Shown one piece after another: positions 37,251 to 45,926 of a DNA stretch of 48,084 nt. The notes beneath the pieces are model-generated. The model ran no database searches. It saw nothing but the letters and a program-made list of their open reading frames with translations, and was not told the DNA's origin. The stretch is taken from the sequence record DRR723986_1729, one strand, 5' to 3'. How positions within the stretch are numbered: position 1 is the stretch's first letter; every line of letters begins with the position of its first letter. The position numbers were made by a program, and so were the translations under genes.

Positions 37251-38554
37251 TGGTCGGCCTCCATCTTGGACCATGCGTCGTGCAGGGTCTGGCGGAATTC
37301 CTCATAGGCGGCGTCGAATGTAGATCTTGCGCGGCGCCAGGTCTCTCTGGTCATCTCCCGGTAATCCATTTCGTAGACCGAATTCAGGAAGCGGCCCGAT
37401 TGCTCGACCGCGCGGGTCATCTCGACCGGGTGCTCGGTGACATGCTCTCCCCAGACCTTGCGGAAGGCCTCCTGCATGGCGCGGTGCAGCTCGTTGCCGG
37501 ACTCGAAGCGGGTCAGCAGGAAGCGGATGCCCATGAAGGCCTTGGGCAGGGCGATCTTACCCGTGGGTAAGGTCCCGTCGAAACCGGCGGAGAGATCCTC
37601 GAGCGCCTCGGACAGCTGCCCGATGAAGGAGGTCGTCGAGTCGTATTCCCAGTAGCCGGGCCCCGAGGGGATATAGAGCACGTCGGCGGCGAAGACCGCG
37701 TTCATCGACTGGTAACCGATGGCGGGCGGGCAGTCGAAGAGGATCACGTCGTAGCTGTCGTCGGGGATCTGGTCGAGATAGCGCGAGACGGCGGCGAAGA
37801 AGGACCACTCGGGGTTCAGGTGCCGGTACTGGGCGCTGGCGAATTCGACGAAGGCGGCGTTGGCGCAAGAGGGGATGGCGTCGATGGTGGGCCAAGAGGT
37901 CGGCTTTATGAAGTCGCCGATCCGCAGCTCGCCAAGCCCCAGTTCGGTGATCGCGGCGGGCAGGTGGCGGCGGGGCAGGGCGGCGCCGCTCTCGGCGCCC
38001 ACGGGACCGCTGTTCATGCGCTCCGTCTCGCGGATCAGGTCGCGCGCCATGATGCCCCAGACGGTGTGTTCCTCGGCGACGTCGGTCAGGCCCATGGAAT
38101 GCGACAGGGTAGCCTGCGGGTCGAAGTCCACCACCAGCACGCGGTAGCCGTCCAGCGCGGCGGCATGGGCGAAATGCAGCGCCACCGTGGACTTGCCCGC
38201 GCCGCCCTTGAAGTTCGCGACGGCGGCGCGCACGGCGCGCTTGCCCACAGGGCGGTGCGGCATGAGGCTGCGCTTGTTGATGCGCAGCCGGCGGCGCAGC
38301 TCGTTGATCTCCTCCAGAGAGAACCAGCGCTGGCGGCCGTCCTCCTCGACCTCACCGCCGGGCAGAGAGGGATCGGCGGCCAGCTTGCCGCGAAAGGTCG
38401 ACTGGTTGATGCGGAAGATCAGCTCCGACACCTCCCACGAGGAAAAGCGGCGCAGGGTCTTCACCAACCCGGGCGAAAAGGTCTGCTGCCGGATCCAGCC
38501 CTGAAGCTTCAGGGAGCGGTTCTGGAGCGTGCCCAGATCTTCGTGCGTATACAT
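37247..38554 (-). CDS. parA: Plasmid partition ATPase ParA with N-terminal extension
   Basis: NFKGGAGKST, VVDFDPQATL, FDCPP; long N-terminal region; stop overlaps the parB start. Confidence 0.94.
   Translation of the reverse strand: MYTHEDLGTLQNRSLKLQGWIRQQTFSPGLVKTLRRFSSWEVSELIFRINQSTFRGKLAADPSLPGGEVEEDGRQRWFSLEEINELRRRLRINKRSLMPHRPVGKRAVRAAVANFKGGAGKSTVALHFAHAAALDGYRVLVVDFDPQATLSHSMGLTDVAEEHTVWGIMARDLIRETERMNSGPVGAESGAALPRRHLPAAITELGLGELRIGDFIKPTSWPTIDAIPSCANAAFVEFASAQYRHLNPEWSFFAAVSRYLDQIPDDSYDVILFDCPPAIGYQSMNAVFAADVLYIPSGPGYWEYDSTTSFIGQLSEALEDLSAGFDGTLPTGKIALPKAFMGIRFLLTRFESGNELHRAMQEAFRKVWGEHVTEHPVEMTRAVEQSGRFLNSVYEMDYREMTRETWRRARSTFDAAYEEFRQTLHDAWSKMEADQ
37556..37571. repeat. parS-like palindrome inside parA
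   Basis: CTTACCC-GT-GGGTAAG, identical to the parB copy. Confidence 0.8.
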
Positions 38555-38654
38555 GTCTGCCTCGTCAGGACGTTCTTTCCGGGTTTTCGGCTTTTTACGC
38601 TCAATTTGCCAAACTGGCAAAAGCTATTATTCTTCGCCTGCGGGCAGAGGCGGT

Positions 38655-38670
38655 CTTACCCACGGGTAAG
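38655..38670. repeat. parS-like palindrome upstream of parA
   Basis: CTTACCC-AC-GGGTAAG, the exact reverse complement of the two intragenic copies. Confidence 0.8.
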
Positions 38671-38820
38671 GGGACAAGGTCCGCAGGCGGTCCGGCGATT
38701 CGCGGGGGACAACCGCCGGCATCCCGGCCCCCTCGCTGGATATGGGGGGTCATGAGGGCGGCGCCCACAGCCCTTGGGGGGACATGCCGCGCTTTTGAGG
38801 GGACATGCAGGGCGTCCCCC
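38670..38820. repeat. Iteron-like GGGGACA repeats, putative replication origin
   Basis: GGGGACA at 38670, 38705, 38778 and 38799; variant GGGGTCA at 38746; inverted GTCCCC at 38814; lies between parA and the initiator gene. Confidence 0.6.
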
Positions 38821-39017
38821 TTCACCTGACTCTTCACCTCTTTCCTTTCGGAATGGAGAAGGGGAAGAGAGGCAGAGGGCCCTCGGGGCGGCCTCTCTTG
38901 ACAGAATCGGAGCTTTGGACGCAAATTGCCTTCAAGTCCGGAAAAGCGTTGTGTAGCGCTGGAAACCGGGCAGGGCATCGGGACGGCATCCAGTCCCGGG
39001 CAGAGGCGGAGCGTGTC

Positions 39018-39734
39018 ATGCAGATGGCGAAACCGGTCGGGCGCAAGGCTCCGGCCCTGAAATACGACATCCTCTCGGCGCTGGGGGTCATGGCGCTGTC
39101 GGGGGACAAGCACCGGCAAAGGCTGGTGCTGCGCCTCGTGGTGCTGATCACCACCCGCTACAACTGGCAACGCAACGACCTGTCCATCGGGCGGGCCGAG
39201 ATCGCGCGGCTCTGGTCGGTCGACGAACGCACGGTCAAGCGCGAGATGGCCAAGTTGCGCAGCCTCGGCTGGCTCGAGGTCAAGCGCCCGGCGGCCAAGG
39301 GGCGGGTGGCGGTCTACGCGCTGGATCTCGACGCGCTGCTGGCCGAAACCCGCCCGGTGTGGGAAACGGTCGGTCCGGATTTCGCCGCCCGGATGCAGGG
39401 CTGTTTCGGCGGGGCAGGGGGGGCGGAGGATCGCCCCGGGGATGCCCCGGACGACCCCAAGGTGATCCCCTTCCAGCCGCGCGCCCGGGCCGCGATCGCG
39501 GAGGGCACATGGGCCCGCGTGCTGGACCGCCTGCGGCAGGAGAACGCGGCGCTGGCCTCCGCGTGGTTCGGCCAGTTGCAGGAGGCCGCGCGCGAGGACG
39601 GGCGGGTGACGCTTCTGGCGCCCAGCCGCTTCGTGGCGGATTACGTCTCGACCCATCACATGGGGCTCTTGCTGGCAGCCTATGGGCGCGTCGATCCGGA
39701 CATCCGCCATATCGCCGTGACGGCAGAGGGGTAG
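39018..39734 (+). CDS. DnaA-like plasmid replication initiator of Rhodobacterales
   Basis: KYDILSAL, LITTRYNW, IARLWSVDERTVKREMA (HTH), GRVAVY, and a C-terminal DnaA-N-like segment (AWFGQL...LLAPSRFVADYV); divergent from parAB. Confidence 0.85.
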   Translation: MQMAKPVGRKAPALKYDILSALGVMALSGDKHRQRLVLRLVVLITTRYNWQRNDLSIGRAEIARLWSVDERTVKREMAKLRSLGWLEVKRPAAKGRVAVYALDLDALLAETRPVWETVGPDFAARMQGCFGGAGGAEDRPGDAPDDPKVIPFQPRARAAIAEGTWARVLDRLRQENAALASAWFGQLQEAAREDGRVTLLAPSRFVADYVSTHHMGLLLAAYGRVDPDIRHIAVTAEG

Positions 39735-39739
39735 GGGCC

Positions 39740-40384
39740 TCAGCCCTCGGGCGGGTGCAGGGCGATCACCGCGCCCCCGGCGGCGCTTGCGTCCTCGGCG
39801 TCATGGGTCACCATGAGCACCGGCAGACGGGCGGCGCGGGCGCGGTCGAAGACCAGCGCGCGCATCCTGTCACGCAGGCCCGCGTCCAGCCCGGAGAAGG
39901 GTTCGTCCAGCAGCAGCGCCTCTGGTTCCGCCAGCAGCATCCGCATCAGCGCGACCCGCGCCCGCTGGCCGCCGGAGAGGGTCGCGGGGTCGCGGTCGGC
40001 AAAGCCGCCGAGGTCGATCTCGTCGAGCGCCCGGTCGATGGCGGCGCGGCGATCCGGGGTGCCGCGCGGCAGGCCGAAGCCCAGGTTCTGCCCGACGCTC
40101 AGGTGCGGAAACAGCAGGTGGTCCTGAAACAGGATGCCGACGCGGCGCCGTTCGGGCGGCAGCCCGTTCAGCACGCGCCCGTTCAGCGCGATGCGCCCGG
40201 TCATGCGAAAGGCCGGGGGCAGGGTGCCGGTGATCGCGGCCAGCACGGTCGACTTGCCCACCCCCGACGGCCCCATGAGCGAGAGCACCGCGCCCGGCTC
40301 TATCAGATGCGTCAGGGCAAGCAGGGGCGCCCCGCAGCGATGCCGGATCTCGAGGTCGGTCAGGCACAATCCGCGGTCAGCCAT
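39740..40384 (-). CDS. ABC ATP-binding protein (YnjD-like)
   Basis: GPSGVGKST, FQDHLLFPHL, LSGGQRARV, LLDEPFS. Confidence 0.9.
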   Translation of the reverse strand: MADRGLCLTDLEIRHRCGAPLLALTHLIEPGAVLSLMGPSGVGKSTVLAAITGTLPPAFRMTGRIALNGRVLNGLPPERRRVGILFQDHLLFPHLSVGQNLGFGLPRGTPDRRAAIDRALDEIDLGGFADRDPATLSGGQRARVALMRMLLAEPEALLLDEPFSGLDAGLRDRMRALVFDRARAARLPVLMVTHDAEDASAAGGAVIALHPPEG

Positions 40385-42095
40385 GGCGCAGCCCCAGCCG
40401 GTTGCGGAACACCAGACGCGGCAGCATGAGCGCCAGCGCGAAGGGCAGCCATGCGGCCAGCGTCAGCGCCAGCGTCCAGACCGCGATGGCGCGCCGGTCG
40501 CCGCCCGAGGACAGCGCGAGCGCCTCTGTCGTCAGCGTCGGAAGCCGCCCGCCGGACATCAGCAGCGTCGGCAGGTACTGCCCGACCGAGACCGCCATGC
40601 CCACGGCCAGCGCGGTCAGCACCGGCGCCAGCAGCATCGGCAGGCGCAGGCGCCACAGGATCGCCCCGGGGCCGCTGCCCATGGTGGCGGCGATGGTGGC
40701 ATAGCGGCTGTCCCATGCGTGGAACGGTCCGGCCAGCGCGAGGAAGACATAGGGCAGCACGAAGACGATATGGGTCAGCAGGACGGGCAGGGGGCCCTCG
40801 CTGGCGCCCGCCTGCAAGAGCAGGATCTGCAGCCCGGGCAGAAAGGCGATCTGCGGCAGGATCAGCGGCAGGTAGAGCGTCGCGAGGCCGGTCCTGCCGA
40901 TGCGGCGGGCGCGGCGGTGCTCGGCCTCGAGGCAGCCGGTGACCAGCACCAGCGCGATCAGCGCCGCCGCCGCCGCAAGGCCCAGCGTCGTCAGGGCGGT
41001 GTCGCCGATCGCCCCTGCGTGGCGGTCCCACGAGGACAGGCCAAGGCTTTGCGGCAAGGCCTCGGGAAAGCGCCAGCGGCCCGCGACGGACCAGACGAGC
41101 TGGCTCAGGAGGCCGCCGAAGACCGCCAGCGCCGCCAGCGCCGCGATGCCGAGGCCAAGGGCGCGCGCGGCGCGGTCGGGCGCCCCGGCGCCGCGCCGGC
41201 CGGTCTGGATCATGCGGGCGCCAAGCGCGGCCCCGAGCCGTTCCAGCAGCCGCAGAAGGCCGATGGCGCCCACCACCAGCGCCAGTTGCAGCAGGGCGGC
41301 GGCGGCGGCGGGGGCTCGCGCCGACAGGTCCGGGTCGGTCATCCAGCGCAGGATCATCACGGCCAGCGGCGGCGGCGTCGTCGGGCCCAGCACGGCGGCC
41401 ATGTCGACGTTGGACATGGCATAGGCCAGCACCGCGTAAAGCGGCAGCCGCATCTGCGCGTAAAGCGCGGGCATCACCGCCAGCATCCAGCCGCGCACCC
41501 GGCCATAGCCCAGCGATTGCACCACCCGCATGCGCCCTGCGCTTTCGGTCTGGGGCAGGGCGGCCAGCGCGATCAGCAGCAGGAAGGGCAGTTCCTTGAC
41601 GAAAAGCCCCGCGATCAGCGACCAGCCCCCGGGGTCGGCCACGATCAGCGCGTCGGGCGGGCGCTGCCACCCGGTCAGCCATGGCGAGGTCAGCCGCGCG
41701 ATCCACCCCGAGGGCGCGATCAGGAAGGTCAGCCCCAGCGCCGCCGCCGCGTGCGGGACCGACAGAAGCGGCGAGAGCAGCCGCGTGACGGCGGCGAAGA
41801 CGCGCGTGCCATGCCAGCCCGCCACCAGCAGGAAGCAGACGGCCAGCGCCGCCAGCGACGAGATCAGCCCCGTCTTGACCGAGAGCCATGCGGCCTTGGC
41901 CAGCCCCGGTTCGGCCCAGAGCCGCGCCCATGGCTCCAGCGAGAAGGCGCCGCTTCCATCGGGGCGCAGGCCTCCGAAGGCGGGCAGGACGGTGCCCGCC
42001 AGCCCCGCCGCGACCGGCCCCAGAAGCACGGCGAGGGTCAGCGCGGGGACCAGCCCCAGCCGGCCACCGCCGCGGGGCGGCTCAGTTCCCGGCAC
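40377..42095 (-). CDS. ABC permease with duplicated membrane domain (YnjC-like)
   Basis: 572 aa hydrophobic; LLSVPHAA, KELPFLLL, GPTTPPPLAV, WRFPEALP, QYLPTL. Confidence 0.85.
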   Translation of the reverse strand: MPGTEPPRGGGRLGLVPALTLAVLLGPVAAGLAGTVLPAFGGLRPDGSGAFSLEPWARLWAEPGLAKAAWLSVKTGLISSLAALAVCFLLVAGWHGTRVFAAVTRLLSPLLSVPHAAAALGLTFLIAPSGWIARLTSPWLTGWQRPPDALIVADPGGWSLIAGLFVKELPFLLLIALAALPQTESAGRMRVVQSLGYGRVRGWMLAVMPALYAQMRLPLYAVLAYAMSNVDMAAVLGPTTPPPLAVMILRWMTDPDLSARAPAAAAALLQLALVVGAIGLLRLLERLGAALGARMIQTGRRGAGAPDRAARALGLGIAALAALAVFGGLLSQLVWSVAGRWRFPEALPQSLGLSSWDRHAGAIGDTALTTLGLAAAAALIALVLVTGCLEAEHRRARRIGRTGLATLYLPLILPQIAFLPGLQILLLQAGASEGPLPVLLTHIVFVLPYVFLALAGPFHAWDSRYATIAATMGSGPGAILWRLRLPMLLAPVLTALAVGMAVSVGQYLPTLLMSGGRLPTLTTEALALSSGGDRRAIAVWTLALTLAAWLPFALALMLPRLVFRNRLGLRHG

Positions 42096-43278
42096 CGTAG
42101 CGCTCTGTCCAGTCCGCCTCGATCCGGGTCATCCAGCTGGGGTGAGGTTCCGGCAGCGCCTGCCCCAGTTCGGCGGGCGAAAGGGTGGCTGCGCCCAGTT
42201 CCAGCGCGGCAAAGGCGTCGCGGTCGGGCTGGGGCAGGGCGTCCATGTCCAGAACCGTGCCGTAGCCCAGCACCTCTGGCGTCTGCGCGCGCAGTTGCGC
42301 CTCTGGCGAGAGCAGGAAGTCGGCGACCACCATGGCGCCCGCCTTGGCCGAGGCGTTGTAGGGGATGGCGACGAAGCTTGCGTTGCCCAGCGTGCCGCCG
42401 TCCAGCACGAAGGTCCGCGCGCTTTCGGGCAGTTGTTGGTTGGCGATGGCGGCGCTCGCCTCGCCCGGAGAGAAGCTGATCGCAAGGTCGATCTCTCCGT
42501 CGTTGATCAGCTGCAACTGGCGCGGGCCGGTCTGCGGATAGGCCTTGCCCGACCGCCAGAGGTCCGGCGTCACGGTGGCGAGCCAGTCCCAGAGCGGCGC
42601 GGTGACGTCGGCGTAGCTTTCTCCGGCGGGGGATTGCAGGGCGGCGGGGTCCTCGACGAGCTCCAGCAGCATCTGCTTCAGGAAGGTCGTGCCAAGGAAA
42701 TCCGGCGGCTGCGGAAAGGTGAAGCGGCCCGGGTTTGCGGCGATCCACTCGGCCAGCGCCTCGGCGCTTTTCGGCGGCTCGGGCAGGGTCTCGCTGTCGT
42801 GGATGAAGACCACCTGCGCCATGGCCCAAGGGCTTTCGTAGCCTTCGGTCGGCACGGTGAAATCCGTGGTCACGGTCTTGCCCGCCACATCGACGTATTG
42901 CCAGTTGGGCAGATCCTCGGCGAAGGGGCCGAAGAGCAGCCCGGCCTCCTTCATGGCGGCGAAATTGGCGCCGTTGATCCAGATGAGGTCGATCGCGCCG
43001 CCCGTGTCCTTGCCCGCCGATTTCTCGGCCAGCACGCGGCTGACGGCGTCGGCGGTGTCGGACAGTTTCACATGCTCCAGCGTGACGCCGTGCTCTTCGG
43101 AAACGCGCGTCCCCACCCATGCGATGAAGTCGTTGGTGGTCGTCGAGCCGCCCCAAGCGTTCCAGTAGACGGTCTGGCCCCGGGCCTCTGACAGGACGGC
43201 CTGCCAGTTCGCGGGGTCGGGATCGGCATAGGCGGCGCCGGCAAGGGTCAGCGACAGGGCGGCAAGGGTGGTCTTCAT
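42082..43278 (-). CDS. ABC substrate-binding protein (YnjB-like)
   Basis: Signal peptide AYA-D; ARGQTVYWNAWGG, DLIWINGANF, PQPPDFLGTTFLKQ, PEPHPSW. Confidence 0.87.
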   Translation of the reverse strand: MKTTLAALSLTLAGAAYADPDPANWQAVLSEARGQTVYWNAWGGSTTTNDFIAWVGTRVSEEHGVTLEHVKLSDTADAVSRVLAEKSAGKDTGGAIDLIWINGANFAAMKEAGLLFGPFAEDLPNWQYVDVAGKTVTTDFTVPTEGYESPWAMAQVVFIHDSETLPEPPKSAEALAEWIAANPGRFTFPQPPDFLGTTFLKQMLLELVEDPAALQSPAGESYADVTAPLWDWLATVTPDLWRSGKAYPQTGPRQLQLINDGEIDLAISFSPGEASAAIANQQLPESARTFVLDGGTLGNASFVAIPYNASAKAGAMVVADFLLSPEAQLRAQTPEVLGYGTVLDMDALPQPDRDAFAALELGAATLSPAELGQALPEPHPSWMTRIEADWTERYGAGN

Positions 43279-43904
43279 GGGGTTTCCTTCGGTTCGGGCG
43301 CGGCAAAGACCTGCCGGGCCAGCAAGAGGCGCGATGTGGCGGTGACGAAGCAGAGCGCGCCAAAGAGCCAGGACAGGGGCGCGAACCACCCCGGCAGCAG
43401 GCAGAGCAGGACGAAGAAGCCGATGGTCTCGGCGCCTTCGAGCAGCCCGCCGGTGAAATACAGCGACTTGGACCCCCGCGCGGCGGTTTCAAGCCCGCGT
43501 TTCTCGGCGAGGACGGCGTAGCCGAGGAAGGTGGCGCCGTTGAAGTAGAAGCTGGTCAGCAGGAAGGCGCCCGCCGCGCCATTGGCGGCGGGATCGGCCA
43601 GCACGAAGCCCAGCGGGATCGCTCCGTAGAAGAGGAAGTCGCAGGTGATGTCGAGGTAGCCACCGAAGTCTGTCTTGCGGCTGGCCCGCGCCACGGCGCC
43701 GTCGAGGCCGTCCGCCAGACGCGACAGCAGGAGCAGCGCAAGGCCGATCCCCGGCGCGTCGAGCGCGATGGCTGCGGCGGCCAGAAGGCCCGTCGCCAGC
43801 CCCAGCAGGGTCATCCCGTTCGCCGTGACGCCCCGGGCCGCCAGCCTGCGCCCGGCGGCATTCAGGGGCGGGTCGATGAGGGGACGCAGCTGGCCGTCGA
43901 ACAT
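43275..43904 (-). CDS. CDP-alcohol phosphatidyltransferase-family protein (YnjF-like)
   Basis: DGLDGAVAR...TDFGGYLDITCD signature (DG-x2-AR...G-x3-D-x3-D). Confidence 0.9.
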   Translation of the reverse strand: MFDGQLRPLIDPPLNAAGRRLAARGVTANGMTLLGLATGLLAAAAIALDAPGIGLALLLLSRLADGLDGAVARASRKTDFGGYLDITCDFLFYGAIPLGFVLADPAANGAAGAFLLTSFYFNGATFLGYAVLAEKRGLETAARGSKSLYFTGGLLEGAETIGFFVLLCLLPGWFAPLSWLFGALCFVTATSRLLLARQVFAAPEPKETP

Positions 43905-44022
43905 GGGCGCCTTTCGCACGAAGGGTTTCCCCTTCGATAGCCAAGCGTCCCTGACCCCGCAACGCCAGAGCGGGTGTGCTTCAAAGCCTTACGGGATCGT
44001 GACCGGGCCGTGTGGCGCGGGG

Positions 44023-45921
44023 TCAGCGCTTCAGGACCTGCAACTCCAGCGCCGTGCCCTGTCCCAGATGGACGGTGTTCAGGGCAATGCGGCTGGCGCG
44101 GGCGGTGCCTTCGGGCTCTCCGGTGTTGAAGTTGATGTCGTACTTGGGGAAGTTCGACGACGAGATGTCCAGCCGCAGCCGGTGGCCCGCCTTGAAGAGG
44201 TTCACGGTGGCGAAGGGCGTGATGGTGATGTCGAAGGCGCCTTCGTCCGGCGCCACGGGTTCGGGCCGGTCGAAGCCCTTGCGGTAGCGCACCCGGAAGA
44301 TCCCGTCGGTGATGTTCATGGCGTAGCCGCGCGGGTAGTCGGGCGAGGGCGGGTAGACGTCCACCAGCTTGGCGGTGAAATCCGTGTCCGGCGCGTCGGT
44401 GGACACCCGCAGGCGGATCGTGACCGGACCGGCGACCAGCAGATCCTCGGCCAGCGGCGGCGTCTGGAAGGACAGCACGTCGCGCCGCGCGATCAGCGGC
44501 AGCCCCGGCGTGGTGCAGCCGAAGAAGCGCGAGTCCTCGGTCTGGTCGAAGGCGCCGCCGGTGAAGATCGGCTCGCCCGAGGTGAGCGCGCCGCCGATGG
44601 TCGGCACCGGGTTCGCGGGGTCGTAGCTGTAGGACAGCGCGCCGTCCTGCGGCACCTCCGACAGCGTCATGTCGGGGGCGGGGTAGAGGCTGAGGGCCTC
44701 GGCCTCGGGGATGGGCCAGTCACTGGCCTCGATCCACTCACCGCCGTGATCGAGATGGCCCTCTGCCGTCTTGCGGCCCGACCCGCCGCCCATCGCAAAC
44801 AGGTGTACGCGCCCGTCGCGCAGATCGGGGCTTTCGTCCTTCAGCCAGCGGGCGAAGACCTTGATCCGGAAGGCCAGCCAGTCGGCGTCGACCTGCCCGT
44901 CGAAGGTCGCCTTCGGGCCGAAATCCACGTCGCCGAAGATGCGCTGAGAGCGGTTGCCATGGGTCCACGGCCCCATGATGAGCGTCAGCGGACGGTCTGC
45001 GTCGCCCTTGAGCCCCTCGTAATTCTCCAGCGTGGTCTGGACATAGGCGTCGTACCAGCTGGACATGAAGACGATCGGCACCTTGGGGAAGTCGTGGTAA
45101 TGCCCCGCCGCCCAGATCCCTGTCTTCTTCCAGAAGCCGTCGAAGGTGCCGTTCTGCCACTGGTCCAGCAGGTAGGCCTCGTAGTCCGGGTCCCAGCGGA
45201 CGGGCGAGCGGCCCTTGGACCACGGCGTGTGCTTCATCCAGTCGGCCAGATCCTCGGCCCGGATGGCGTTCAGCACGGCGGGGTCGGACTTGGCCAGCGG
45301 GCCTTCCATGGCGTGGTTGTAGGCCCATGTGGCCTGCTTCATCTCCAGCGCGCCGCCCTGCCGGATGCCGCAGGTGAAGGCGTTGGAAAAGCCGCCCGAG
45401 TCGATGGCCATGCAGGCCAGCCCCGGCGGGTTGAGACAGGCCAGCGCCATCTGCACATGGGCGTCGTAGCTGAGGCCCATGGTCCCCACGCGCCCGTTGG
45501 AAAAACTCTGCGCGTCGATCCAGAGCATCGAGTCGAAGCCGTCCTCGGCCTCGTTGAGATACTTGGTAAAGCTGCCCTCGGAGGCGTAGCGGCCCCGGCA
45601 GTCCTGCCAGATCACCACGTAGCCTTCGGCCACCAGCCGCGCCGCAAGGGCCGCGCGGCTGAGCGACACCGGGTTCGCCACCGAAAGCTCGGTGCGGGGC
45701 GTGCCCGCCTTGTCGTAGGGCGTGCGCTCGAACACCACGGGACGCGGGGTCGGGTCGGGTTGCCCGTCCGGCCCGGCGGGGCGGTAGACATCGGTGGCGA
45801 GGCGCACGCCGTCGCGCATCGCCACCATGCAGTTGCGGTGGACGACCACCCCCTCGCCGGCCGGCTCTGCCGGGGTCAGCGCGGATGTTTCGGTGGTGCG
45901 GGTCATGGAGGTGGTCGTCAT
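44023..45921 (-). CDS. CocE/NonD-family serine hydrolase (peptidase S15-like)
   Basis: MRDGVRLATDVYRP, RTPYDK, QDCRGRYASEG, GTMGLSYDA nucleophile elbow, MGPWTHG, GHRLRLDISSSNFP. Confidence 0.92.
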   Translation of the reverse strand: MTTTSMTRTTETSALTPAEPAGEGVVVHRNCMVAMRDGVRLATDVYRPAGPDGQPDPTPRPVVFERTPYDKAGTPRTELSVANPVSLSRAALAARLVAEGYVVIWQDCRGRYASEGSFTKYLNEAEDGFDSMLWIDAQSFSNGRVGTMGLSYDAHVQMALACLNPPGLACMAIDSGGFSNAFTCGIRQGGALEMKQATWAYNHAMEGPLAKSDPAVLNAIRAEDLADWMKHTPWSKGRSPVRWDPDYEAYLLDQWQNGTFDGFWKKTGIWAAGHYHDFPKVPIVFMSSWYDAYVQTTLENYEGLKGDADRPLTLIMGPWTHGNRSQRIFGDVDFGPKATFDGQVDADWLAFRIKVFARWLKDESPDLRDGRVHLFAMGGGSGRKTAEGHLDHGGEWIEASDWPIPEAEALSLYPAPDMTLSEVPQDGALSYSYDPANPVPTIGGALTSGEPIFTGGAFDQTEDSRFFGCTTPGLPLIARRDVLSFQTPPLAEDLLVAGPVTIRLRVSTDAPDTDFTAKLVDVYPPSPDYPRGYAMNITDGIFRVRYRKGFDRPEPVAPDEGAFDITITPFATVNLFKAGHRLRLDISSSNFPKYDINFNTGEPEGTARASRIALNTVHLGQGTALELQVLKR

Positions 45922-45926
45922 GGGGG

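Noticed and set aside
38670-38820. Short repeats as a CRISPR array
   Set aside because: Repeats are only about 7 bp, irregularly spaced, and no cas genes are present.
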